From Octopus sinensis (lineage: Eukaryota): DNA of 12,419 nt. The notes beneath the pieces were generated by a model. That model ran no database searches and had not been told where the DNA came from. It saw only the letters and a list, made by a program, of their open reading frames with translations. Every line of letters begins with the position of its first letter. Position 1 is the first letter of the stretch. Both the position numbers and the translations under genes were made by a program. The stretch covers positions 1-12,419 of the forward strand of contig NW_021826570.1 of assembly GCF_006345805.1 (NCBI RefSeq), read 5' to 3'. Positions 1 to 10,264 of this stretch are shown here, in pieces.

Positions 1-11
1 TTCTCATTCCG

Positions 12-33
12 ATGTTGTTGCTGTTGTTGTTGT

Positions 34-65
<32 letters not shown>
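12..65. repeat. (GTT)n/(ATT)n microsatellite; probably the (AAT)n tail of the minus-strand element at 66-559
   Basis: Directly visible gttgttgctgttgttgttg followed by (tta)n. Confidence 0.9.
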
Positions 66-559
66 GAGTGAGAGAACAGTGCATCCATCAAAGTGACACT
101 GGGGTAAAATATACGAAGCCCCAGTATACCCATCATGACTACCCGTCTGATAAGGGTACACTAGGCACATGCATCAAACCATATGTGCGCGACATGGTGA
201 TCTCATATGAGATAAACAGCACATGACCTTGCAGGTGGGCCCAGTTAGAATTTTGTTCTGGGTTGAGTAACCCATCCCACTCAAAAGGTCCTTGAATAGG
301 GTTGTTTAAGGATGTTGAACGAAACACCTATGTTTCCAGAGGTGAATTATTCAAACTCCATAGAACCCTCTCACACATGGCCATGATGCTCCCCCCACTA
401 CTTCCGCTCGTGATCAGAGATGCACATATTGTCAGCCACTAAAGGACATCTCAACTGGTTAAGGTCAAACAACTGACAAGCAAATCTGTGGTATTGAGCA
501 GAATATTTGCTGTAGCCCATCTTTTATACCAAGACAAAACAATGTACATGATAACACTT
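66..559 (-). mobile_element. 5'-truncated interspersed retroposon (LINE 3' UTR or SINE body) ending in an (AAT)n tail
   Basis: On the minus strand it ends ...ctctcactc-aataataat. Two hairpins lie near the tail: ACTGGGG(98-104)/CCCCAGT(119-125) and TACCC(140-144)/GGGTA(154-158). It resembles an abundant octopus repeat from memory; family not verified. Confidence 0.6.
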
Positions 560-569
560 AATAATAATA

Positions 570-599
<30 letters not shown>
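559..599. repeat. (AAT)n/(TTA)n trinucleotide tract; tail of the tRNA-like/PLE unit
   Basis: taataataataa (559-570) immediately followed by (tta)n (571-599). Confidence 0.9.
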
Positions 600-603
<4 letters not shown>

Positions 604-672
604 TCACTGCCTGGAATCGAACTAGGGTTAGTTGCCCGCGCTCTTAACCACTATGCCATATGCCCGTGGGCA
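600..672 (-). promoter_or_regulatory. tRNA-derived internal Pol III promoter (A and B boxes), SINE-head-like, not a functional tRNA
   Basis: Minus strand: A box TGGCATAGTGG (658-648), B box GTTCGATTCC (622-613), T-arm CCTAG-TTCGATT-CCAGG (4/5 pairs). The acceptor stem does not pair and the spacer is short. It runs directly into (AAT)n. Confidence 0.75.
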
Positions 673-695
673 ATTATGGAGTGAATATTTAGGGC

Positions 696-1240
696 TTATA
701 AATCTAATATTTTCCTATCCTTCCTTAATACCAGTTCCTATATGCTACTCATATCTGCACTCGGTCTGCTTAGGAGGTTATTGTGTCCTAGCGTACGTGC
801 TGCTTCTTTTAGTTTTCGTATTTTCCAGTGCTGTCCTCTGTCTATTATTTTAACTTCATCCCACAGGGGGGGGTCTCCATTTTTCTATTCATGATCAGCT
901 ATACCCGATTTATCAATATCTCCCCGTGTCACAGCTTTGCGATGTTCCTCTACCCTTATTTTGAGGGGGCAGCATGTTTCGCCTTTGTATAACCTATCAC
1001 AGCTGCATGGGATGAAGTACACGCAGTCTTTGGTCATATTCTCTTCTATTGGTGGTTTTACTCGAAGGAAATATTATTTGCGAAGTGTTGTATTACTCTT
1101 GAATACTGTCCTGGTGTCATATGGACCGTATATATTTTGTGTCTTTTTTGGAGAGGTCTTTCACATAGGCTAGACACACTGTGGACAGTTTATGGTTGTT
1201 TCCTCTCTTTTCTTCACAATTTTGCATCTACCATGGTTGT
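696..1240 (-). pseudogene. Decayed Penelope-like element C-terminus (linker plus GIY-YIG endonuclease), Poseidon-like
   Basis: Manual translation: ...STVCLAYVKDLS / QNIYGPYDTRTVFKSNTTLRK*YFLRVKPPIEENMTKDCVYFIPCSCDRLYKGETCCPLKIRVEEHRKAVTRGDIDKSGIADHE*KNGDPPLWDEVKIIDRGQHWKIRKLKEAARTLGHNNLLSRPSADMSSI*ELVLRKDRKILDL*. The VY-x9-YKGET...R..EH motif is at 1022-975. Stops at 1076-1074, 887-885 and 740-738; frameshift in the A-run near 1146; probable native stop 698-696. Confidence 0.85.
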
Positions 1241-1281
1241 GTAATTAGTTATGTATGTATGCGTGTATGCATGTATTTATG

Positions 1282-1565
1282 TTCAGTATTATTTCAAGAT
1301 ATTTTGCCAATAGAGGAGGAGCCGGTTTCTAACGTAGATCCAAGCTTCCTTCATTAGAATTTCAACATCAACAACAGGGTATTTGTCTTTGTATGCATGT
1401 ATGTATGTATGTATGTATGTATGTTTGTTTGTTTGTACGTATGCTTGTATGTATGTATATCATTATTCAGTTTTATTTCAAGATTTCTTGCCAGTAGAGA
1501 AGGAGCCATTTTCTAACGTAGATCTAAGGTTCGTTCATTAGAATTTCAACATCAATAACAGGGTA
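1282..1565. repeat. Two diverged 100-bp copies (1282-1381, 1466-1565) separated by (ATGT)n/(GTTT)n
   Basis: Hand alignment gives about 11 substitutions and no indels over 100 bp; period 184 bp. Confidence 0.9.
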
Positions 1566-1735
1566 CTTTTTGTTTGTAAGCATGCATGTATGTATGTATG
1601 TATGTATGTATGTATGTATGTATGTATGTACGCATGTATGTATGTACTAATGTATGTATGTATGTATGTATGTATATGCATGTATGTATGTATGTATGTA
1701 TGTATGTATGTATGTATGTATGTATGTATGTGCAG
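1566..1735. repeat. (ATGT)n tetranucleotide microsatellite
   Basis: Directly visible. Confidence 0.95.
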
Positions 1736-1879
1736 ATGTGTATGCTTTGATTTATGTATGAATTCTCATGCATATAGTTGCATATCTAGACTTGCTCATA
1801 TTTATTCAAATGCTAAATTTCTTGAAGTTTTACAGATTTTTACAGTTCCAGTGATAGATAGGATCTGTAGCCTTTGAAT

Positions 1880-2140
1880 TAATGTATATATATATGTATG
1901 AATGTATGTATTTATATGTGTGTATATGTAAATAGATGCGTATGTATGCTTGTCTGTGCGTGCATGTGTGCATGTAACTGAATTAGCCTCTGTGCGTGTA
2001 CATGTACGTAGAAAGTCATATGCATATTTGCATTCATATGCATTCGCGTGGGCGTATTTGTGCATAGGTGTCAATGTATGTGTGCATGCGTATGTATATG
2101 TATGTGTGTCTGTGCATGTGTGTGCGCGCGCGCTTGTGTT
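1880..2140. repeat. Degenerate (AT)/(GT)/(GC) purine-pyrimidine alternating microsatellite
   Basis: Directly visible. Confidence 0.8.
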
Positions 2141-2219
2141 TGCTTAAAAACTGAAAGATCTAATCAGCCACATGCATCACGTTGTTGACAGAAATAGCTG
2201 TTCGACATAATCCAATTGC

Positions 2220-2710
2220 AATATATACGTGCATATATATACAACGTCTATATATATATACATACACACTCACACACACACATACGTATATATACACACA
2301 TACATACATACATAAACATATATACATGGTATTATATATATATATGATGTATATATACATATATATATGTATGATATATATAATATACACACATATATAT
2401 ACATAAACATTTATATATATATCATATATATAATATATATAGATATATATATATGATATATACATTTATATATATATATCATATATATAATATACCATAT
2501 ATATATAATACCATATATATATATATATTATATTAATTTATATATATGATATATATAATATACATAGATATATCTATATATATATGTTTAATATATATAT
2601 ACGTATACATATATTATATATATAATATACATAGATATAAAATATATATGATATAGTGATTATATATGTATATAATTATTTTATAAATACATACATACAT
2701 ATATATATAT

Positions 2711-2746
<36 letters not shown>

Positions 2747-2795
2747 CTATATATATATATAAATAGGTGTGTGTGTGTACACATACACGTATTTC
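2220..2795. repeat. Complex (AT)n/(AC)n microsatellite
   Basis: Directly visible; explains the I/Y/H/T ORFs. Confidence 0.95.
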
Positions 2796-3144
2796 ACTTC
2801 TCTTTTGAATTTTCTATGTATCGAGAAGTGAAAGGAAAGAGAGTGAGCAGCGGTAGGAGGAGAAGAAGAGTGAGAAGGAGCTTTGATAAAATTATTTTAC
2901 TTCAATGCAGCCGCAAACGTAATGTATGTAAAGGAGCATTTCAGGCGTTTTGCTGGAGATAGTAAGGAGAATGACATTGTTTATTGGACTCGTTATCTGA
3001 AATTAAATCGAATAAAGTCCCATAAACTACGTTGATTAAAGAAAGACAAAGCACAGCGAAGCAAAGATAGCGGAGAGCCATAAAAAAAGATGCCATTTTA
3101 ATAGACACATACAGATTTGAACATTTGGAAAGTATATCACCTGA

Positions 3145-3189
3145 TGTATGTACTTATATACATATATACATACATACACACACACACAA

Positions 3190-3226
<37 letters not shown>

Positions 3227-3534
3227 ATATATTATATTATATATACATATATATATATTTATATATATTTGTATTATATATATGCATATATATGTATATA
3301 TATGTATAAATCTATATATGTACATATATATGTATATATGTATATGTATATATTATACATTATATATATATATGTATTATGTATATATATATATGTATAT
3401 ATGTACATATATGTGTATATGTATATATGTGTATATATGCATATATGTACATATATATGTATACATATACACTTACGTATATATGTGTTTTATATGCATG
3501 TATTTGTGTGTGCATATATATGTACATATCTATG

Positions 3535-3586
<52 letters not shown>

Positions 3587-3735
3587 CTACATACATATAT
3601 ATGTACATATATATACACACACATATATATATACATATGTGTGTATATATATATATTCATGTATGTATGTACGTGTACGTGTATTCACACATGCAAGTAC
3701 ATTTCGAATGCATATTTATGCCTACATAAAAATAT
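3145..3735. repeat. Complex (CA)n/(TA)n/(TG)n microsatellite
   Basis: Directly visible; ORF 3125-3802 is its translation. Confidence 0.95.
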
Positions 3736-5376
3736 ATATCATGTCGTGTACTTAATGCTTGTAAAAATTATACAACCAACACTTAACTACACGCATTTAT
3801 GAATATATCTGTAAAAATATGCATTACTCAACATAAAACGCATATTTTACATACAGAACACACGTATATATATACATATTTATATATACATACTTATAGG
3901 TATACATATAGATACATACGTATATATGTTTTATTCACACCTATAAGTGTATGTGTATGTGTGTGTGTGTGTGATTTTTTATACAAAATATATTCTTTCA
4001 TTTATTTGCGATAAACGGTATATTCAGCCTTAAATACGTGGGTGGATGTGTGTATATATGTATCTTAAAAGAAATATGCAAGCTTTCACAAGACATTTAT
4101 TCAATATTCACAATTAGTACACACACACATAAACGCATTCAACATCATATAAAACCACATAGACACACACACACAACACATAACACAAAAGTCGATACAT
4201 ACGAGTATATATTTATTTACTTATTTGCTTTTGTATTTATAACTTTATATATGCGCACCCGACGTGTGTGTGTGTGTGTGTAAATGGGGTGATTTACTGC
4301 ATGCATGTATATATTTAATAGAGATATTAAAACGGACCGGTAGGAAAAAGTAAAGAGAAAGAGATGCCCGGAAAAAGCAAAGAGAAGCACCTCCTGTTTT
4401 CTCGAAGTTAATAAAGATCTAATATTATGTAACATAATTTTTAATAGACCCCCTAACTGCTTCCCACTAAGGAGATCCAACGAGATCAAAATAGCTAATA
4501 TATACGAATGCTATGTCATCGATGATTTAAGGGAAAATGTTTTAAAAAAAGAACGAAAATTTAACCAAGTCAATGCATAAAATTATTACAAATTCATTAT
4601 ACTAATTGCAAATCAACGTAATCAATTGAATCCGATTCGCATTCTTGTCTGTCACAGAGGAAATGTCTCAATTAACTGATAAATAAATTGTTACGGCAAA
4701 GATATAAACGTTGGACAAAACCATTCCCAGCGCGAGAGGAAATGGTTTTCTGCTGGTTTCTTGTGGTATTGATGTCCATACAAGAAATTCGTTTCACGAA
4801 ACCAATAAAATAGCATAATTGAAATAGTCTGTTTTACACCTTATAAAATCTTTCCCGTTTGCCATTAAGATGCCACGAAGCAGTATTCGTGTGTGTGTCT
4901 GTCTGTGTGTCTGTCTGTGTGTCTGCCTGTGGACGCAATTTAATTTGCGAGCCACTGTAAGTTTCATGCTCGTAGAACAATAGTCGGCCGAGGTCGTACA
5001 GCTTGCCTTGTACTATCATGCTATCATTCGTATCTGTCTATAATATCTATATCTATATATTATCAATAATAATAAAGGGTAACATTAATTATTCAATTAA
5101 TAATTAATAATTTTACCAAGTAGTTCGGTATGTTAAAAGAACCATTATCGGTAACCTTATACAAAAATTCTATAATTATAATCATACTTATAATTAGGAT
5201 TCAGCAAAATTTGCTTCACCACATACTGAAATTTAGAAATAGCAGTTAAATACTATTCCTCTGCCATAAGATATGGTGTAACGCTATAGACTGGCTATTA
5301 CTATCGTTATTTAATTATTCTAAAGCTTTCGGATTTACGATTTACCGAGGATATATGTGTGTATATATATATGTAT

Positions 5377-5680
5377 ATCACGTGATCACGTGACCGACCA
5401 GACCATCAGATGTTGTTACACATCGCTGGTTACAATGCGTTCGCATTGTTTTAGCCTTTGAATGACTCCACCCCGCTGGCTAAGCGAGCAGGCCAACAGA
5501 AGAAAGAGTGGAAGAAAGAGTGGTGAAAGTGTACAACAGGGATCACCACCCCCTGCTGGAGCTCGTGGAGCTTTTAGGTGTTTTCGCTCAATAACAACTC
5601 ACAACGCCCGTCTGGGAATCGAACCGCGATCCTACGACCGCGAATCCGCTGCCCTAACCACCAGCCCATTGCGCCTCCAC
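5377..5680 (-). mobile_element. Near full-length tRNA-derived SINE (tRNA-Arg-like head, resembling octopus OR-type SINEs) inserted in (AT)n
   Basis: Head gtggaggcgcaa-TGGGCTGGTGG (A box, 5668-5658) ... GGTTCGATTCCC (B box, 5625-5614). The body contains TTGAGCGAAAACACC and a 12-bp tandem duplication (5499-5522). It ends in TCACGTGATCACGTGAT then (AT)n. Family name from recall of octopus SINEs (Ohshima and Okada 1994). Confidence 0.85.
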
Positions 5681-5720
<40 letters not shown>

Positions 5721-5747
5721 ATTATATATAGTGTGTGTGTGTGGTGT

Positions 5748-5798
<51 letters not shown>

Positions 5799-5870
5799 TG
5801 TATGAGCGTGGGTGTGTCTATGTGTATTGTATGTGTGTAAGCATGTGTGTGTGGTGTGTGAGCGCGGGGG
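5681..5870. repeat. (AT)n followed by (GT)n microsatellite
   Basis: Directly visible. Confidence 0.95.
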
Positions 5871-6512
5871 TGTGATGAAAGATCTATTTTGTGTAGCTAT
5901 TGTTCTATTTTCTAATCTACATAGTATTTTTATCAACAAGCCTCAATTACATATCTCGGTGATGTATTTTACATACATTAAATTAAACTTAATCTTCTAC
6001 AGCTCTCGTATAAGGACCATTTCTTTTTAAATTCCCCCTGGGTATTTCGAACCGTTTTCAGTGAAACCTAAGCAGAAACCAAATGCGTTTTTACTCATGT
6101 ATATCCCACATAGATTTTATTTGTTAAGCACATGAAAGTTTTTCTATCAGTAAGCAACAGGGTGAGTTATGCGTAGGACGCAGTTTTTCCAGTTACAAAG
6201 CTTTTCAGATATTTGTATCTTTCGGTGGTGTACAGATTACAATAAAGCAAGGGCCAACAGTGTGTTCGTCAATTTTGGTTTGATACACGATAAAGAATAT
6301 TCTGATATATCTTTTAATATGCATGGATCAAAGTAAGAGCGATGAATCATTTGATTGATGTATAGGTTGAAAGCCAGATATTTGTTCGATATTACGCCAA
6401 TAGACTTTGCTTCTTGACAGATTAGTATATTCAAGCAAAGGGACAGATGTTTTTGAGGTATTTTCTTTGATGATATCAGATATATTCACTGTTGGACTAT
6501 TGAAGTTGTAAT

Positions 6513-6600
6513 GTCGCCTTGGAATAATGGTTAGCACTGTTGTACGGTTTACAATATGTACAAGGTTTGATTCCCATTGGTGGTGTTACAGCGTTTTGAC
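6513..6600 (+). mobile_element. Degenerate tRNA-derived SINE head
   Basis: A-box-like TGGAATAATGG (6520-6530) followed by TTAGCAC; B-box-like GGTTTGATTCCC (6564-6575, one C>T from consensus); tRNA-like spacing of 33 nt. Confidence 0.5.
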
Positions 6601-6618
6601 GTTATTTCATACCAACTC

Positions 6619-6757
<139 letters not shown>

Positions 6758-6759
6758 TC

Positions 6760-7015
6760 GTTTGTATGTATGCATATGGCTCGTTCAATGATGGCAATTC
6801 TGTTCTTTGATAAATTCAATCATCTGCTCATTGAATTAGCATTCAATTAGCTGAGCATTTCACTGGCATTTGTACCCTTAACGAAATTCTCTTTCAGAAT
6901 CCACGTTTCTACATTTTCAATTACACTCACATTGTATGGTCGACACGCAACGGAATCGAACCCAGAAACTCATGGTGGTGAAGAAACTTACTAATTATTC
7001 AACAATACTGCGCCT
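6760..7015 (-). mobile_element. Old, degenerate tRNA-derived SINE
   Basis: Minus strand begins aggcgcag..., B box GGTTCGATTCC (6962-6952). The body ...gagaatttcgttaagggtaca...tgctcagc... resembles the 3' part of an octopus SINE I recall. The tail runs into catacatac/(CTAT)n. Confidence 0.6.
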
Positions 7016-7019
7016 AATC

Positions 7020-7389
7020 CACAGGGCAGGTTTTGTTCTACATCAGCAAGACTTATGCAGTAAAATTGATAAAAAGAATGCTGTGAACTTTCCATGAAGT
7101 GTAGAAATCCAACGTTTTGAATACAATCTTTTTTTATGGAAGAAAAATGTTGAAAGGAAATAAATGAATGAGAAAGAGAGCAGAGTAATATGTCTTAGAT
7201 TAAGAAAAACTGGTTGCAGCTAATAAGGAATGCAGGACCACCTGAGCTTCATATGTGAACGATTGGTGGTAGGAGAAACAGTGTAAGAAGGAAAGGGTAA
7301 CGGAATAAAGGAGAAAAAGTCAAAGGCGGGATAAAGGAAAGAGTGAGGAAAGAGGGGAGGTGAAGGATACGAACGCGTTTAAGGAATTA
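7020..7389 (-). mobile_element. Probable 3' UTR of the Neptune-like PLE (pyrimidine-rich on minus)
   Basis: Contiguous downstream of the endonuclease; C/T-rich on the minus strand. Boundary uncertain. Confidence 0.4.
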
Positions 7390-7880
7390 AGAGGTGGTAT
7401 AACGGTAGAAGGAAAATGTGCATTTAAATCTGTCGGTGTTTAGTTTGAATATATATATATTGTTGTCTCCGTTTCCTAGAGAACGTAGATCTATGGTGTG
7501 AGGCGATGTCACACACTGATAAGTGAGTGATAGAAATGCCTGTAGTGTTGAAGTGGATGGCGACAGTTTGGCCAAGCATATGTAGTAGTATGGTTCGAAT
7601 ATGCTCCTGAAAGTGATCAGCAAGGCGTCGGCCGGTTTGCCCAATGTAAAGGGCGTCGAAAAGTTTGCATAGAATACAATATATAAGGTTAGATGATGTG
7701 CAACATAAGATTTGAGTAATATAATGTTGTGTCTTAGGCACAGTGACGGTTGTAGTATTGCTAATGTAGGGGCGGCTGTCACTCGGTGGGCGAGCATAAT
7801 TAGAAATGACCAATGGGGTGGAGCTGGGCACTGCGGAGATTCTTACATATTTCCGAGGAGATATTTCCGCTGCCACGTAA
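7390..7880 (-). pseudogene. Decayed Penelope-like element GIY-YIG endonuclease, Neptune-like
   Basis: ORF 7424-7876: ...LCCTSSNLIYCILCKLFDALYIGQTGRRLADHFQEHIRT...VAIHFN. IY-x10-YIG at 7684-7640. The C-terminus continues in another frame (IYIFKLNT), indicating frameshift decay. Confidence 0.85.
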
Positions 7881-8059
7881 TCTCCTATTCTAGCTAACGA
7901 TGTCTTGAAGCATCAACTCGAGTCAGGGAATCGAAAGAAGTGCTACGTGGTAAAACCACGTTGTTATACTGTAGTTGTTGCTGCACTCTCACCTGAACGG
8001 AAACTCAGAGAAGACTGTCAAGTTTTGAGATAATCTCAAAAGCATCATATATAAAACAA

Positions 8060-8642
8060 ATAAATGTACATGGGTACATGCATCTGTATATACATACCTA
8101 TCTACGTGCATATGTACATGCATACATACCTAAGTACATAACTATATACATGCATACCAACATGCAAACGTATAGGTGTGATTGTATAAATGTATATACA
8201 TACTACAATACATACGCACACACATACATATATACATACACGCATATATATACGTATATATATATATACATGCATATATACAACAATATCATACATACAT
8301 ACATACACACATGCATACATACATGCACATACACATACATACAAATATACTTCCACACACATACATATATACGCACGCACATACATACACATATGAATAC
8401 ATACACAAACACATACACACGAACGCACAAACATACATACACACACACACATACATACGTCACACACATAAACATACACACATACACGTACATACACATA
8501 CATACATACTAACATACATAATACATACATACACTCACACACATACATACATACATGCATGCATACATACATACATACATACATACATACATACAAATAT
8601 ACTTCCACACACACATACATATATACACGCACGCACATACAT

Positions 8643-8675
<33 letters not shown>

Positions 8676-8880
8676 TACATAAATACATACATACATACAT
8701 ACATACATACATACATACATACATACAAACATACATACACAAGCACATACATAAATACATACTAACATACATAATACATACATACACTCACACACATACA
8801 TACATACATACATACATACATACACACATACATACATACAAACATACATACACAAACACATACATAAATACATACCCATA
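8060..8880. repeat. Complex (ACAT)n/(AC)n/(AT)n microsatellite containing a ~252-bp tandem duplication
   Basis: Landmarks recur at a fixed offset: cttcc 8350/8602, ctaac 8509/8762, ctc 8534/8787. Confidence 0.9.
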
Positions 8881-9007
8881 TAAACTCATGAATTATTGAA
8901 AGCTTACGTCCATTCATATCTCGCTATGAACCGTTGCCAACTGCTCACTCATATCTTCTCAACTGCCGAATCTCTCTTCGTCTTTCACTCTCTGTCAATC
9001 ATTCTTC

Positions 9008-9105
9008 CCCCTCTCTCTCTCTTTCTCTCTCTCACGCTCTCTGCTTCTTCCCTCTCTCTCTCTCTCTCTTTCGCTCTGTCTCCCCCTCTCTCTCTCTTTC
9101 TCTTT
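9008..9105. repeat. Imperfect (CT)n polypyrimidine tract
   Basis: Directly visible. Confidence 0.9.
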
Positions 9106-9572
9106 CACACACTTGAAAGGTACCAAGGAGAGGCATCGAACGTGGTGAATACACTTGCTAAATACGGTGACCACCGCACTCTTTAATCACAACATTGCAA
9201 AGACATGAATACGATGGAAAAATTGCATTTGGGAAACGATGAGATAGCCATGAATAGAATATATATATATATAGTCATAGATACCTTCTCATTCTTGTGT
9301 ACACGTACGTGTGTGTGCGCACGCGCGTGCGTGTGTGTATGTGTGCATATATATCTATATATATGTATAGATATGTGTGGTGTATATAAATGCATATATG
9401 TATATATATATATATATATTAATTTAGGAATAGCCTTCACAGGCCATTCGTCCACTAGACAGAGCAGCCATAACTCCAACATTTTAGTCTCATGACTATT
9501 TTTCTTTTCCACTGGGCCGCTGGTAGTGATAAATTTCTATCGAATTTTTTACTACCCTAAATTGATTAATAT

Positions 9573-9618
<46 letters not shown>

Positions 9619-9824
9619 TGTGAAATAGAAAGATGAATAATCTTGTTGCAGATTAAACAAAAGTTTAACCGATACCTTGGTAGCAAAAATCACAGCAGAA
9701 GACAGCACGGTTGGAGGTACAACCATATGGTGTTGCAACCGTGCGTTGATGCGGATAATTGAATTTTAATATTATTAGTGAATTGAGAGAATGGAGTTGA
9801 ACGAAGATTGAACAGAAATCGTTT

Positions 9825-9916
9825 TATTCATTCTACACGTGTTTCGAAAGGCACAATTTACCAAATTCCGAATGAATAATGAGACCATATTGTGTCTTTC
9901 TCTTCAGGAAGAAATA
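9825..9916 (-). ncRNA. Type I hammerhead ribozyme motif (left arm)
   Basis: Stem I UAUUUCUUC/GAAUGAAUA (8/9 pairs including one G-U); core CUGAAGA (9907-9901); 12-bp stem II with one A-C mismatch and a 31-nt loop; GAAA; palindromic stem III ACAC/GUGU; GUA cleavage triplet, predicted cut between 9834 and 9833. Confidence 0.8.
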
Positions 9917-10170
9917 GGAAATCCGTTGGAATAAACAAAAACAGAACAGAGGCAGAGCAAAACAAATCGAACGAGGCTCCTAAGACCCATGGCCAAACTG
10001 TTATCAATGTATGTTGAAAACTGGTGGTGGGTGCGTTGAGGATTTTAACGGGTCAGGCAGCGGTCATTCCGGTGGGTGAGGGCACGGAGTGCGTAGATGT
10101 TCTTTGTGACCGAGACTAAAGTTCTGACTATTTAAAGAATATTAGGTGTATTATATGGGGCGAGAAAAAT

Positions 10171-10264
10171 CTACTTTCTCCTGAAGAGAAAGACACAATA
10201 TGGTCTCATTATTCATTCGGAATTTGGTAAATTGTGCCTTTCGAAACACGTGTAGAATGCAATA
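10171..10264 (+). ncRNA. Type I hammerhead ribozyme motif (right arm; same core, weaker stem I)
   Basis: CTGAAGA 10181-10187; stem II GAAAGACACAAT (10188-10199)/ATTGTGCCTTTC (10231-10242); GAAA 10243-10246; CACGTGTA; predicted cut after 10254. Stem I has only about 2 contiguous pairs. Confidence 0.7.

Noticed and set aside
5077-5117. AT-only hairpin attaattatt/aataattaat
   Set aside because: Low-complexity AT sequence makes such palindromes common.
5985-6075. Acceptor-like cttaatcttctacag followed by a short open frame
   Set aside because: The frame closes after about 22 codons with no recognisable product or strong donor.
6130-6537. Possible third decayed GIY-YIG fragment on minus (SKTSVPLL...SRSKVY, LYINQ, LEKLRPTHN)
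   Set aside because: The motif-like pieces fall in different frames with no convincing IY/YIG pair; a profile search would be needed.
7108-7143. Possible hammerhead relic in the Neptune-like 3' UTR (minus: cttccataaaaaaag...ttcaaaacgtt)
   Set aside because: Neither CUGANGA nor GAAA is intact and stem II does not pair.
7924-7937. Isolated B-box-like motif (minus ctttcgattccc)
   Set aside because: Imperfect match with no A box at suitable spacing.
9301-9331. Perfect palindromes ACACGTACGTGT and CGCACGCGCGTGCG
   Set aside because: Expected by-products of alternating purine-pyrimidine microsatellites.
9652-9716. Candidate 65-nt plus-strand exon (ttgttgcag...GAG/gtac; LNKSLTDTLVAKITAEDSTVG)
   Set aside because: Weak donor site, no recognisable protein, and it overlaps a hairpin adjacent to the PLE-type repeat.
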